Part shown: positions 1-12,049 of the stretch, piece by piece
Layout: each line of letters opens with the position of its first letter
How positions within the stretch are numbered: position 1 is the first letter of the stretch
From: Microbotryum violaceum
Taxonomy: Eukaryota
Assembly: GCA_001244265.2 (NCBI GenBank)
Contig: CDLV01000005.1
Span: 2,976,001 to 3,040,000, forward strand
DNA length: 64,000 nt
Reading direction: 5' to 3'
Notes under the pieces: generated by a model
Told to the model about the DNA's origin: nothing
The model's input: the letters and a program-made list of their open reading frames with translations, nothing else
Databases searched by the model: none
Position numbers and translations under genes: made by a program

Positions 1-3000
1 CTTTGCAGGAGCTCCTCGTCTCGACGGTCGGATTCTGCGCTCGGTGTTTCGTCTTGAGGAGCTCGATGTTGAGATCATCAACATGTACGCGCCGGTACAG
101 GAGGACGATCGTCGCGACTTTTTCGGGCTCCTGCATTTCAACGCCCCGAGACCCAAGACTCTTCGGATCTTGGCCGGCGATCTCAATGATTGTCCGGATG
201 TATCGGTCGACCGAGTGTCCATCACCGATCGCGCTTGGACTCCTGTATCGCACTGGCAGACCTTGCTGTCAAAGATCGCGTTCAAGGCACTCGACACGGT
301 CCGACATGTCCATTCTTGCACCCCGCATTCACTCGTCCTCACTACCGTGGTAGAGGGGAGGAGCGAAAGATTTGCTCGTGGTCGCGGATCGACTATATTC
401 TTGTCCAATGCAGTTGGGCAAACCGGTTGTTGAGCGCTTCTACGCTCTTCGACGCGCCCTGTTCGGACCACAGACCTGTAGTTGCGACTTTCGCATTGCC
501 TACGTCGAACGCTGATGCCGAACCCCCCTTTCTCTTCCCTCTACGAGCGATTTCATTTCGAGGCTCAACCCAACGGTCTTTGACGATCAAGACTTTGTCG
601 CATCGATTCCCGGGGTCATCGACGAGGTCTATCGAAGGCTCGAGGGGACCGCTCCGCTCGGCGACGTCTATGACGCCGCTCTGCGGGCGGTTGCAGTCGC
701 TGGCCATGCACGATACCGCTCGACTCGTGCCGACATGCGCCGACTGCGGGCCGAAAGCCAATCCGTCATGGAGGCTTTGGAGGCACGCGGTGAGCACATG
801 AATGAGGCCGAGCGCGATGCGTATGCTTTTGCCAAGTCGCGGTTGGACCAGTTGGCGGTAAAGGAGGCTCAGTGGCTGCGCATTCGTGCGCGTGTGCCGT
901 CAGTCGACTCGAGGGAAGGTCAATCGGCAAGCATTCGCACGCGTCTCAACCGCCGGAGTCGCCAGACGAGCATCGTCTCGCTGGAGGATGTGGATGGCAC
1001 CGAGACCGTTGACATGCAGGAGGCGCTGGGCATTGCTTCACGGCACGCACAGTCGCTCTTCACGCCGGACCCAGCTCGTGGCGACCCGACGAACCCACGT
1101 CGGTCCCTGCTCGACCCTATTCGCGCGGCGAAATGCTACGATGACGACCGCTCGGACCCTACGTTCGGTCGTCGGCTGCCTCGTCAAGCGAGAGTGGCGC
1201 TTGACGAGCCCTTCACCCTCCTCGAGGTTGAAGCGGCGTTGAAGAAGACGGATTCGGGGCGATCACCGGGGCCCTCGGGCATTCCGTACGAGCTCTTCAA
1301 GGCGCTGCCAACCTACTTTGCTCCCAAGCTGTTGGATTTGTTCAACTCGATTTGGGAGGGGGGTAAAATGACGGCGTCCTTGGCAGAGGGGCTGGTGCGG
1401 CTTTTGCCCAAGAACAAACCGGGGGCCAATCTGAAATCACTGGGGGCATATCGACCGATCACACTGCGCGAGACGACCTACAAGGTCCTCAGCAAGGTCT
1501 TGGTGGCGCGACTCAATGGGGTGCTCGGCGAGCTTTTGCCGCCGGCGCAACACGGGTTCATGCCATCAAGACGTTCAGCAGACGCGGGAAGTCATCTCAC
1601 TCTCCTTCTCGAAAAACTCAAGTCGCTAGGCACTGAAGTTTTTCCCGAGGGCGCCCTCTTGTCCTTGGATCAGCAGAGCGCGTACGATCGGGTCGATCAC
1701 GCATGGATCTTTGACGTCTTCGAGGCCTTTGGCTTTGGTGAGCGTTTCATTTCCCTGCTGCGCGCTCTGTACGATCCCGAGACTCTGGGGGTGCGCTACC
1801 TCATCAATGGGTTCCCCACGGAGTTGGTGCGGTTGCTGTGTGGTCTCGGTCAGGGGGATCCCCTCTCGTGCCCGGTTTGGAACATCACGTTCCAGCCCTT
1901 CCTCGACGCCCTCGTTCGGCGCGGGATCGCGCTCGACCTGCAGAAGGTGTGGCCAGGGGGGCCGCGTGCGCAGCTTACGCATCTGGCGTTTGCCGACGAT
2001 GCTGTGGTGGTGGTGGAGTCACCGGCGGCATTGTCGAAGCTGGAAACGCTGTCGCAGACGTGGTACGAGGCAACCAACGGGAAGACCAACACGGACAAGA
2101 CGCTGGTGCTACCACTCGGACCGAACTGGCTTCGGGACGAGACTGCGCAGGCGCTGCCAACGGTGCAGGAGGGGGAGAGCTTCAAGTGGTGCGGCTATGC
2201 CTTCTTTCGCCATGGTGACTCGAAACTGTTTTGGACCCATGTTCTTGACAGGATCAAGGCCAAGACCCGCGCCGCTGGAGACCGAACACTTTCGCCGAGT
2301 GGGAAGGTCTTCTATGCCAACGCTCACATCATCTCGACGGTCCTCCACGTGCTGTCCTTCGACATACCGCCTCAATGGTTCATTAAGGCGGCGGAGACAG
2401 CACTTATAGATTTTGTTTGGGGAGGAGCAGGGCGAAATACCGTCGCTCGCGATTTCGTGTTCCAGGCTCGGGAGGACGGTGGCTTGGGCTTGATTTCAAT
2501 CGGCGACATCGTTCATTCGGTGGCGCTTCGATTTTGGGATGCTGTGGCGGGCTCGAACGAGGCGATCTGGGCGCCCCTAGCTCGCGAGAGCTGGAGGTCC
2601 CTCGTCGCTGCGACCCGCGATTTCAGTCCGTGGGGGTTCTTCAGCAGCACGGCTCGGGTCGAGAAGCTGTATCGCGACTCGACGCGCTGGGGGGCAGTCG
2701 TTGCAGCGGCCAGGGTCACAGTTCCAACCATCAAGTCCGAACTCCTTACGCTCCCCGAATTGCTCTCGCTTCCGCCTCGCCTCCCTTCACTCTATGCTGA
2801 AGGTGCCAAGCACGCATATGACGATGCGGACGCAGTGGCGAAGTTTGCGCAGATCGCGGACCTGTACTGGAGGGACGAAGGAAAGGGCTGGGCTCTGGTT
2901 GGTCATCGACGCGGGTTCTGGCAGCACTCTAAGGAACCCGCCCTACAGCACGAGCACGTGTGGTCGCGCGTGGGTCAGTTGCTCAAGGCGAAAGCCTTGC

Positions 3001-4697
3001 TGCCCAAGACCGCGTTGCGACCTGCTCGGATACCTCTCAAGGAGGCTCCCCGTCCTCGGTGCTTCAACTTCTTTGGGCTCACCCGACCGTTCACTATTCG
3101 CAAGCTTCGTCGGCTTGTGAACGTGGTTCGGTTCCCAGGGAGGGAGGATCGTGTCAAGCGTTTCCGTGATGGGACTTCTCAGAGCGATAGGAAGCGCTTC
3201 TGGAGATGGCTTCATGACCGGTTTGCGTCTGCTGTGGAGCAGGACACCCACTGGCGGCTCATGTACGACGTGACGCCGACGCGCAAGAGGCAGCATACTC
3301 AGGGTCATGCCTCTTCGCCGACGTGTCTGTTCTGCGGCAACGATGCAGCGGTCATCGAGACGGTGTCGCACTACTTCTTCGAGTGCGCGTACTCGACCAG
3401 CTTCTGGGGTGGGGTGCTTCGCATTCTGTTCGACAAGCTGGGCATCGAGGATACCGACGTCGATCCGTCGACGTTCACTCCGGAGCAGCTGACCATGGGG
3501 CTCCCCCTTTTGCGGGGTCGTGGGAGAACGACCTCGAGATGGATGTGGGTTCGGCTGGCCTGCGCGATCGGCTTCCAGCGGCTGCACCTGCTCCGCTGGC
3601 GCGTTCATCAGCGGTTCGAGCTGGACAAGGCCGTGGCCCCTCCCTCGCTCCCCAGTGCACTCAGAGCGTTCGAGCGAGATTTTCTCTCTCGAGCGGGTTT
3701 TGTGCCTGGGGCTCGAGATTGGGAGGTGTGATGACCGAGTTAAGTCGTTCCTTCCCATTTTCTTCCCCTCCTTTCCTCCCTTCTTTTTCGGAGGTCGACT
3801 CCTCTTTTAGAAGCTGACTGTCTTGGAACTTGTTGCGCAGTGGAAGGCTGCGCACCTCTCCCTCTCTCTCTCTACTTTGCGCAGTAGCGGTTTTTTGTTC
3901 TTGGATGGATCGGCAAGCCAGGTCGATTGTCTTTGCGTTGGAGGCTTTGTGAAGTTTTTTCCCTCTCCTTTCCCCCCTTTTTTCCCTTCCCTTCCTCTTC
4001 TCGTTCCTGTTGCTCGGTTGTTGACTACGCTTCAGCCACTTCTCCTTTTACTCCTAAGCCGTGTGTTGGATTCCGTTGAATGGTTCGTTCGTTCGCGTTG
4101 GTCAAGATCTACGGCATGGCTCGGGAAGGAAGGTCGCTCGTTTCTGGTCAATATCCTCGCGTCAAGGCGAGGCTCGTTTCGTTGTACTGGATCGCTTTTC
4201 TCTCGGCCCCGACGGCTCAACAGCCAGCACTCGAGATTCAGCCAAGGGAGGACATCAGGCGCTGTCGGGGTGACGAGCAGCTGGGGCTTGGCTGCGGCCT
4301 GTTAGTCCCTGGGGACCTCTACCTCCGGCTTCGACCCCCTCCCTTGGCCCCTCGGGTGTGTTCCCCTCCTCTCTGTCTTAGTATTCCTGGTTCTCCGTAT
4401 CCCCAGTTGTGACTTTCTGTATACTCTCCCCCTTCTTTCTCTAGGCTCTCTTGCCTGGTTTTCGAGTATCTTTGCTCCCGCTCTTGGGACGTGAAGCGGC
4501 AGCAGTACTCACCGCCCGTTGGAGTCCGCGTTAGGTGCTCGGCGGGCTTTGATCTGCGCAGCGCTCTTCGCGCGCAGGGGTTTGACTTTCACCCAACTGC
4601 TTGCCGTCGTTGCTTTATAACCTCCTTTAGCTCTTTTTGTAGCGGTCCCAGCCAACCCGAAGGATAGCAATTTATGAGCCCCAGTCAACAAAAAAAA
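1..4697 (+). mobile_element. Non-LTR retrotransposon (L1/Tx1-like LINE), 5' part outside window; about 1 kb pyrimidine-rich 3' UTR ending in a probable A8 tail at 4690-4697
   Basis: APE endonuclease motifs (ILAGDLN, SRIDYILV, SDHRPV) in frameshifted ORFs 44-433 and 190-801, followed by the RT ORF. The 3' end position is inferred from the A-run. Confidence 0.85.
735..3731 (+). CDS. LINE ORF2 reverse transcriptase with C-terminal zf-RVT (CCHC); the N-terminal APE part is frameshifted upstream
   Basis: SPGPSGIPYE, YRPITL, QHGF, LSLDQQSAYDRVDH, GLGQGDPLS, LAFADD; C-terminal CLFCG...ETVSHYFFEC. Confidence 0.95.
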   Translation: MRRLRAESQSVMEALEARGEHMNEAERDAYAFAKSRLDQLAVKEAQWLRIRARVPSVDSREGQSASIRTRLNRRSRQTSIVSLEDVDGTETVDMQEALGIASRHAQSLFTPDPARGDPTNPRRSLLDPIRAAKCYDDDRSDPTFGRRLPRQARVALDEPFTLLEVEAALKKTDSGRSPGPSGIPYELFKALPTYFAPKLLDLFNSIWEGGKMTASLAEGLVRLLPKNKPGANLKSLGAYRPITLRETTYKVLSKVLVARLNGVLGELLPPAQHGFMPSRRSADAGSHLTLLLEKLKSLGTEVFPEGALLSLDQQSAYDRVDHAWIFDVFEAFGFGERFISLLRALYDPETLGVRYLINGFPTELVRLLCGLGQGDPLSCPVWNITFQPFLDALVRRGIALDLQKVWPGGPRAQLTHLAFADDAVVVVESPAALSKLETLSQTWYEATNGKTNTDKTLVLPLGPNWLRDETAQALPTVQEGESFKWCGYAFFRHGDSKLFWTHVLDRIKAKTRAAGDRTLSPSGKVFYANAHIISTVLHVLSFDIPPQWFIKAAETALIDFVWGGAGRNTVARDFVFQAREDGGLGLISIGDIVHSVALRFWDAVAGSNEAIWAPLARESWRSLVAATRDFSPWGFFSSTARVEKLYRDSTRWGAVVAAARVTVPTIKSELLTLPELLSLPPRLPSLYAEGAKHAYDDADAVAKFAQIADLYWRDEGKGWALVGHRRGFWQHSKEPALQHEHVWSRVGQLLKAKALLPKTALRPARIPLKEAPRPRCFNFFGLTRPFTIRKLRRLVNVVRFPGREDRVKRFRDGTSQSDRKRFWRWLHDRFASAVEQDTHWRLMYDVTPTRKRQHTQGHASSPTCLFCGNDAAVIETVSHYFFECAYSTSFWGGVLRILFDKLGIEDTDVDPSTFTPEQLTMGLPLLRGRGRTTSRWMWVRLACAIGFQRLHLLRWRVHQRFELDKAVAPPSLPSALRAFERDFLSRAGFVPGARDWEV

Positions 4698-5133
4698 GAG
4701 GCGAAGGGAACAGATCTTTGTAAAGCATCTTCTCCATCCATCTGTGTGAGATTGACAACCTCCTGTGCTTCCTTCTCGCCTCATGTCTCCTTTTCTTGGT
4801 CTCACCTTACCTCCTTTTGGACCAGCCGCGCGCTCACCCGAGCCAACTGGCTCCGCGCCTCTCTCTCTCCTGCTCAAGCAACTTCTTGGTCTGGTCTCCT
4901 TGGTCCGTCGATCAGAGCCTTACCACCGCTTGAGCAGTCGTCGCAACTTCACAATCTGGTCCACCTGGCCTCCGGCTTCAGAATCCATTCCCTGCGCCAG
5001 AGCAGCTGGACGGCGTGCGGGAGAAGTATGACTCGGTCATCGAGCCGCCCCTTGGGTCCGAACATCCGCGACCATCCTCCGAGTCTCCCAGTAAGCCACA
5101 GCCGATTTGCCATCCTCAAGGCGCCAGCCGAGG

Positions 5134-5318
5134 TGTCATTTGATATATTTCTGTGCCTGTGGTATCTGCGCGGTTGCCAGTGCGTTTAGTCATTAGTCAT
5201 TTTGGTATTGGAGTTTGCTTTGTTTAAGTTAGGGAGCGCGCGGGGCTTCCTTCCCGCGCGGCTGTTTACTCTCTCCTGTCGGAAATCTATCTTCCGCGCT
5301 CGCACCGTTTCTGCGACA
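5134..5318 (+). mobile_element. Solo (internally deleted) LTR of the Copia family found at 59491
   Basis: TGTCATTTGATAT...CTGCGACA aligns with LTR 59491-59820 but lacks its middle part; no matching TSD seen. Confidence 0.85.
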
Positions 5319-5544
5319 GTGACGGCCTCGATCAAAGACCGGTCAGTATGCCCGATAACGATTTATTGCGCAGGAGGGCGGGAGCTTTATCATTGATTGG
5401 ACCGACTTCCTTTTCCTCTCCAAAAAACGGTGTAGAAAGGGTTCGTCCCATGGGTCGTCTCGACAGGAAGCAAATCCGTACGTTCGGCCTGGAAGTCACG
5501 CTCGCGGCGACCGATAAGTTGCCAAGTGGCTTAACGGATCCGAG

Positions 5545-5999
5545 GTGTCCGCCGCTCATCGAAAGTCTTCCGACGTCGAATTTCCAGCGTGGTATTGGAG
5601 AAAAACGGATCGCATCTTGTACCACTCGAAAGTACAGTATGACGATCGGATCCGAGCTCGACTGGGCACCGTGCGCGTCGGCGATTTTGTCGTTCTTGGT
5701 GCTCGATCGGATTCAAGGGACCGTGTCGTATTCGCCCAAGTAGAAAAGCAATATTTGGCGTCGGACGAGAAGAAAAGTTCACCTTGCTCCTCGTCACCTG
5801 GATGGACGAGAGTCAGACGCGTAAACTAGGCTACCTTGGCCAGGTTAGAGTCCTCAAGCCTTTCCACGCGGGGACTTCGGAGCGACCGAGAGTCATCGGG
5901 CTCGATGCCATCTCGAGCGAGGAAGGTGTGCCGATTCTGAGGGATTACACAGAGATGGGACTGCACATAATAGTACCCTACCAAGTTTCGACAATCTGA
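5545..5999 (+). pseudogene. Frameshifted coding fragment of unknown (probably TE) origin
   Basis: Two overlapping protein-like ORFs (VRVGDFVVLGAR...FAQVEKQY; LVTWMDE...VPIL); family not recognised. Confidence 0.25.
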
Positions 6000-7799
6000 T
6001 GGGGTCTTCATATGATCTAGGTTCACCCGCAATGACGTCGCATGCGAAACGCTCCAGTCTTCCAAGCACTTTTTTTGCCGTCGGCCTTGGCACGGACACT
6101 GCGATGAAATCGATGCAGCAATCTTGTTCCAACCTCGTCATTGCATTTTTTTTTTGTCGATGCAACCTGTTGATAAGAGACAGACTTCGCTTGCGAGTGT
6201 GATTGTGAAGCTTTGGAGTAGTTGATCTGTCTGCGGAAATTCGACTGAGGGGAGTATAAATAGGCACCCTGTCGTCGTCCGCTCTTCTCCTTTGGCCAAT
6301 CACTCGCCGCCCGCTCAAGTTGGGCCTTTCACTCGGACTTGTATGCTACGTGCAGACCTCGGTGACCTGGTGATCAACGAACGTATATCGCGCACAAGTC
6401 CCACTTTGAAGAACGTCGCGTCGTCGTCATCCTCATCATCGTCATCTCGCTGCCTATTCCGTCGCACCAACTTGCAATTGTTCCAGCTCGGCTGTGCGCA
6501 CGAGGTCATACCTCCCGGAAGCCGACATACCATTTGCTCGGCTAAAACTTATATGACCTGTCATTGTCGTCGTCGTCATCGTCATCTCGCCGACGATTAC
6601 GTCGCATCACCTCGTTCTCTAGGTCGGCTTCTCGATCCACGTTTGCGTACATTCGTTTCAAGCCTACAACAAGGCCTTTGATCCCTCGTTGCAAATCAGT
6701 CGTCGTCTTCTTCCGATTCTCACCCGCCATTCGAACACGTGGACGCTCGTTCAAGCCTGCTCGCGGCTATGACTCGATTCGCTCCCACCCATGTGCTGCG
6801 ATGCAAACGCTCACGTCCCCATGCCCACAAAAATATCTTCGCACGAACCATCACCTCCTTGTAAGCGCTTCACCGCTCTGGCTACTCCTCGTATGATCGT
6901 GGCGATACCAGCTTGTGCGACCAGGTGATGGCCCTGGGGGAGCTGCACTTGCGCTGACGCTTTCGCTCGTGTCTTAGTTCCTCAACAGCGATGTTACAGG
7001 TGAAGAGCTTTCTGTTTCGAGCCCATCTACGACAGTCCCGGCCTTTATTCGTGCAGGGTGGGAGGGCCGAGCAATCAAGCTCCTAGCCAGAAGCATGACG
7101 TCATCGCTTGGCTAAGCTTGATCAACAATCACCTCGATCTCATGTAGATCATAAGCCTTCTGGCCGATGCCATCGCCAACAAAGGTGAGTACATCCCATC
7201 AAAATACTGGTGCGCTTTTACGTTCCTTCCGAGGCCTGGGATCGTGCTTGATTGCGTCGCACCATCACCTGCTTACCGTGACGGTCTTCTCCAGTCGATG
7301 ACACCGTGTGAGTGAGCTTGTGGTGGCATACTGCCTTGCTGATTTGGCTTGCTTCACAGCACTGGATTGGCTTGGGATGGTGGAACGTTCAAGTTCGATT
7401 CGTATAATCGACCTCGCTGTCGGAGCTTCGCACCCCCTCTCGTCACGCTCGAGCTCCTTGCTTCGAAACACCCGAAGGACTGGCCCTCCTCGATTTTTGT
7501 CCTTGTTCAAGATAATATACTGACACACTATCATGATCCAACCCATTCCTGTCCCAAGCCCAGTCCAGACCTAGTCAAAGATCTGGCCTTGCACAGCTAT
7601 TTCTGATGATGATCAAAGTCGGTGAGTCCACTCAAGTTCATGGCACTATCGCTCGTGGTAGAGTTATGGGCTGGGTTTGCTAGTTCCTGTGCAAGGCGAT
7701 CGATGCCTCTCTTGATTTGAAGAAGACCGTGCGAGTCCCACTGCTGCGGTTTGACAACCTGAGCCGAAGTGAAAATTTCCGCCGCAAAGTCGTGAACTG

Positions 7800-8030
7800 A
7801 GCTCAAGTTCTAGACCTTCGCTCCAAGTCCCTCGCTCAAGCCCCAAGGTCCCAAACTTTATCTTTCAAGCCTCAAACCTTGCCCCAAGTGTCAAACCTCG
7901 AGTCAAAGTTCCGAACCTCGAGGCAAAGTTCTCAATCTCAGACCCAAGTCGAGAACCTCGCGCCCCAAGTTGAAAACTTGAGCTCCAAGTTTAAAACTTG
8001 AGCTCCAAGTTTAAAACTTCGCCCCCCCAG
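7800..8030. repeat. Degenerate tandem array of about 20-bp self-palindromic units (AAACTTG-AGCTC-CAAGTTT)
   Basis: Near-perfect units at about 7974-8019; degenerate CAAGT/AACCTCG units upstream. Confidence 0.75.
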
Positions 8031-8708
8031 TTCAGGACTACGAACACGGTTCCGGAACTTCGGGCTCAAAATGCCCGGTTCCCAACTTTGGCACCTGGTG
8101 CCACATGGTGTAGGGGTTACCAACTTCGGGCGGTGGTGCGGAACCGTATGGCACCGGTCTAAACGGTCGCCTCGTTTTGGCCTTTCTTGCTAGGAGGGAG
8201 GCGATGGCCTTCCCTGGCGACCTTCGGACCGGGGCATAGTGCCGAAGGTTTCTGCAAATGAGTGTTACCTAAAAGTCGATGAGAGTGGGAGGGGAAACAG
8301 AAAAGGTTCGAGAGAGAGGTGCGGGATGATTTACGGGGTGTTATTTGTTGCTCAGCCCCTAATCATGCGGATGGTCGGCTGCCGGAATGTATAGTACTGA
8401 CACCGCCCGGCGCGCCGCATCACGTGACAGACGCCAGCCCTCGCTGCGCATCAGGCGGAGCTCTGCTGTAGAAGCCATGTCATGCAAAGCCACGCGTGAT
8501 GAGACTTGAACTGACGGCTGGATGTACCGATCGGTAAGACGAGTTACTTGAAATTGAAAATGGAGAGGCATGAATTTAATGACCAACTAAACAAGGCAAC
8601 TCATAGAGGGAAACGATGAGAGGGAGGGAGGCAAGTTGAATCTGAAAGGAGTGCGACGTGTGAGCTGCGACGACCGAGGCGGGTCGTCTATAACCCCATG
8701 GACGACAC

Positions 8709-9436
8709 CTACGCTCCGAAGGTCCTATAGATTGCCGCACATATCGCCTCATATTTTCTACGGCATTCGTTGCGAAGATGGCTGTCCAGTAGGTGGTCGT
8801 TTGGTCAGCACAAATGTTCCAAAGGCCAGCTTCGTCGCCCAAGTCGGGCCATCCGTCCTTCGACTCCGAGTAGCTGACGATCACTTACGCGTGGTGGATT
8901 ATCCCCACTTTCTTGTTATGGCAATATTCGTCCCACTTGTCGATACAAGCTGTTTTGAGGTTTGAAACGGGATAAAAGTTTCCATAAGTATCCGCGCAAT
9001 CGGTGCTCCCATCAGTGTAATAACTAAGCGGATGACTGCGGCGAAAAAGGGAGAGCTTCAGAATTCAAAACGCCCGTCTTGCCCCTTCCGTCTCCGGAAG
9101 CGAGGGAAGCTCCGTACTTTCCAATGGACGTTTCATCTTCTAACGCTAGAAGGCACGTATAGTAAGCCGTGATGCAAGGTTGATAATTGGTCGAGACCAT
9201 CCTGAGGAAATAAGAAGCATGTTCGTTGAAAGTTGAACCTAGAGGAGGCCGTGTCGAGTACGCGGCAGGGGCCTATAAGTCCTCAAAGCCTCGAGTTCAG
9301 GAGAGGCGACGCCTTACCCCCCATCCTTCCCGGCCTTCCAACAATTGGGGATGGAAGTCATATTCTTATCGAGGTTCTGGGCGTTCACTTTTGAGGTAAT
9401 CAGGAGCGCCAAAAGGCCGGTGATGAGAATCTTCAT
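8709..9436 (-). CDS. Small secreted Cys-rich protein, 140 aa, 8 Cys (candidate effector A1); exons 9436-9318, 9201-9118, 9035-8889, 8781-8709
   Basis: Signal-peptide-like MKILITGLLALLITSKVNA-Q. Three GT-AG phase-2 introns give an open frame: ...NCWKAGKDGGMVSTNYQPCITAYYTCLL...DCADTY...ACIDKWDEYCH...ECRRKYEAICAAIYRTFGA*. Cys residues are conserved in the paralogue. Confidence 0.85.
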
Positions 9437-9529
9437 GGGTGGCGAAAGGGTTGGAGCTGGTCGACACTGGAGGTCGGCTGAGACAAATGACGGGAGCGAG
9501 TCTGGGAGACGATCTGGCAGGAGGAAAGG

Positions 9530-9775
9530 TGTTGTCTAGGTGGTAGGCCATCGGTAACGAGGCGCGGCGCGCGCCCAGGGCTCGATTGGTTTTAAGGCAG
9601 TGGATTAAACTTAGTGTCTGAGTGGATTATATTCTTGCGCGTGGGCCTATGCCTTCGCAATGCGGACTCCCTTGTTTAGCTTTTCTTTAATCATTTGTTC
9701 CTCAGCTATCGGTTCTGACAATGCTGCGTATTGTCCTACTGCTGCCACCTCTATAGGTGGTGCACTTTTACTTCA
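9530..9775. mobile_element. Solo LTR (246 bp) with 5-bp TSD AAAGG, about 90 bp upstream of the A1 start codon
   Basis: TG...CA termini, AAAGG at 9525-9529 and 9776-9780; absent from the paralogous site near 26065. Confidence 0.9.
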
Positions 9776-10559
9776 AAAGGGCGTAGCTGATTGAGTCGAA
9801 CGCGTCGAGACAGTGAAGCGGAACTGGCTGACTTTGCCGGAAGCGATTACCGGCTGCGAGTGGTAAGTGGACCGGTCGGGGAACTTGAGCTTAGAAATTT
9901 CGGTCATCGTTCGCGTTCCGTTTGCGCTCGTTGTTTCATTGTTCGCGTCCGGTGCCGTCAAGCGCCCCTATCCTTGCACCGCCGTGAAGCGCGAGTCAAA
10001 CTTCTTTCGCGGGCCGCGTCGCAGAGGCCGGCATGACTTGTTCAACACGACTAACCCGAGGCGAGCGCTAAATCGATGACGAAAGCGGCTGCCAACCCCT
10101 CTATCTTTGAAAGACCACAATTTGTCAAACAATGAAACGATCTCCTAATATTCAAGTCCGTTGAAGCGAGCTGTGTTTAACTCTCTCCTGTCCTTCGCAG
10201 AATTGACATACGGCCCGATGAGTCCTAGCCTTGGCAGTGCGCTTGAACGTGTGCATGCAAAATTGCATCGTCATCACAACATTGAACACGGCCAAAACGA
10301 AAAGAAGGAGAAAGTAAAAATAATACCGCCTATTCTACTATCTATCATATCGTCATCGCAATCCAAAGGCCTAAAAAAACCTTTGAACCCATGTAACAAC
10401 GGCGTCCACAATGAAGAGATTGGGTTCTTGCCTAAATCATTGTAATGACGCCAAGGTATTGGAGGTGAGAGGGAATGAAACATCCCAACCCAATGAGACC
10501 TTTGTGAGACCAGTGGGATCCCGTCAAAACAAGGGCGTAAGCTCTTCAAATGACAGGAG

Positions 10560-11430
10560 CGGCGCAGACACTCGCACGCGAATATCTACTTTGATCAAGC
10601 TTGATTTCATGTTGCGTACGGGCAATCGCGTTGTGACGGAGTTCAATTGCATCGGCCAAAGTTTGCGCAGGGGCCAGCGCCTGCGATGGCGTGCGCCTCT
10701 GCCTACCACCGCTGGGCCAAGACCGACGCGCCCACAACCTTCTTACGTCAGGCCCTGAACTGCCGATGCTCATCTAAGAATCGGACACCAACAAAGGAGA
10801 GCGTGGGTCGCAAGACCTTATTATTTAGTTGTATGGTGCATCGATGTTCAGACAATCGGCCCAAGTACCTGAAGTCGTCAGCTCGCTCCATCCGTCTGCG
10901 ATGCCTCTCCGACGGTTGCCCATTCTTCCTATTCCCCGCAGGAGAAGATGGCTTCCACCCCATCATTCCTCTTTGCGGGTTCAACCAAGCGGGGCCACCC
11001 TTCGCCAGAAAAGCGCGACGATGAGGCTGAAGACAACGAGGAAGAGGACGAAGACAATGTCTTCGGCTCTTTCTCGGAGTTCCATTCTGTTAAGGCGCAA
11101 ACACAGACTGACATAGAAAGTTTGAACACCTAGGACGAAGTGCAAGTAAAGGGGCCGAGGTGGACAGTCTCGCGCTCACAATATTTGCATACTACTTGCA
11201 CGAACGCGACGAGTATTTCTCGATCCCCTATTGCACCCAAAGTCCTTTCCTGGAGTTTGTGATCGACGGATACTCCCACTGCGTTCGAGACCGCTCGACT
11301 CCAACTACATTTCAAGAAAGCCTGCGCATCACCACGGGTCAAGCCATCACCGACCGCTGTTACCAACCGCTTGACCCCGGATCAAATCGGACGTTCGGTG
11401 ATTCTGGGCTCGACGTTCAAAGAATAGGCC
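10560..11430 (+). pseudogene. Possible degenerate hAT-like transposase C-terminal remnant
   Basis: Acidic linker, then DEYFSIP.. and NRLTPDQIGRSVILGS, weakly resembling the hAT dimerisation domain; many stops and frameshifts. Confidence 0.25.
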
Positions 11431-12049
11431 GGCGCGAGATCACGCAGCGTTACTTACCAGGATGCGATGTGTGGTAGTGCTGAACGGTTGCGATTGGGAC
11501 TTGTCCGCCGAACGCGACAGGAGAGGAGAGAGAGCGACGACGGGGACGGGCCGGACGCGAGAGGGGCAAAGCGCGCGCGGGGGAACTGCCGGCGCCGAGA
11601 TGGGAGAAAGGGGAGGCGAGAGAGTTTGAACGGGGACGGGGACGAAAGACTTGGAGACTTGAACGCTTGAACACTTGAACACTTGGAAACACACACACAC
11701 TCAAATTCCCAACAATGAAACCGTGAGATTTAACCAGCACCAACCGTATGGCCTGATTCCTCCCGAAGTGATGTACCTAAGAAAAAGAGCAAATCGAGTC
11801 CCGTCGAGCCACAAAGTCCCCAAGTCCCCCCTGTCCGTTGCGCTGTCCCCTCCCCCGCGCTGCCCTTGCGCTGCCCCGAAGCGGCCGCCCGCCGCCCCCT
11901 CTGCTCTGCTACCTCCTACAATTCGCAACCCTTCCGAGGTACCAGGATTCTCGAACTCGATGATACACGTGATCGCTGAGATGTTCCGATCAACTAGTTG
12001 TACTTGTCCTTCGTTCGACCCCCTGCCTCTTGTACCCGAAGGTGTCGTT

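Larger units (their letters stand above)
8269..10510. repeat. Segmental duplication unit, copy 1 (copy 2 is split into 19924-20230, 25113-26246 and 38507-38768)
   Basis: Colinear, same-orientation nucleotide matches to three separated blocks downstream. Confidence 0.85.

Noticed and set aside
2943..3758. 271-aa antisense ORF, and similar shadow ORFs over the TEs and host genes
   Set aside because: Opposite-strand or off-frame shadows of GC-rich coding sequence with no motifs
4672..4682. TTATGAGCCCC near the LINE 3' end, resembling a tRNA-Met PBS or tRNA target
   Set aside because: Short match with no adjacent LTR or tRNA cloverleaf; likely chance
6300..7800. Possible spliced gene
   Set aside because: Scattered intron-like signals, but no consistent open frame or recognisable domain
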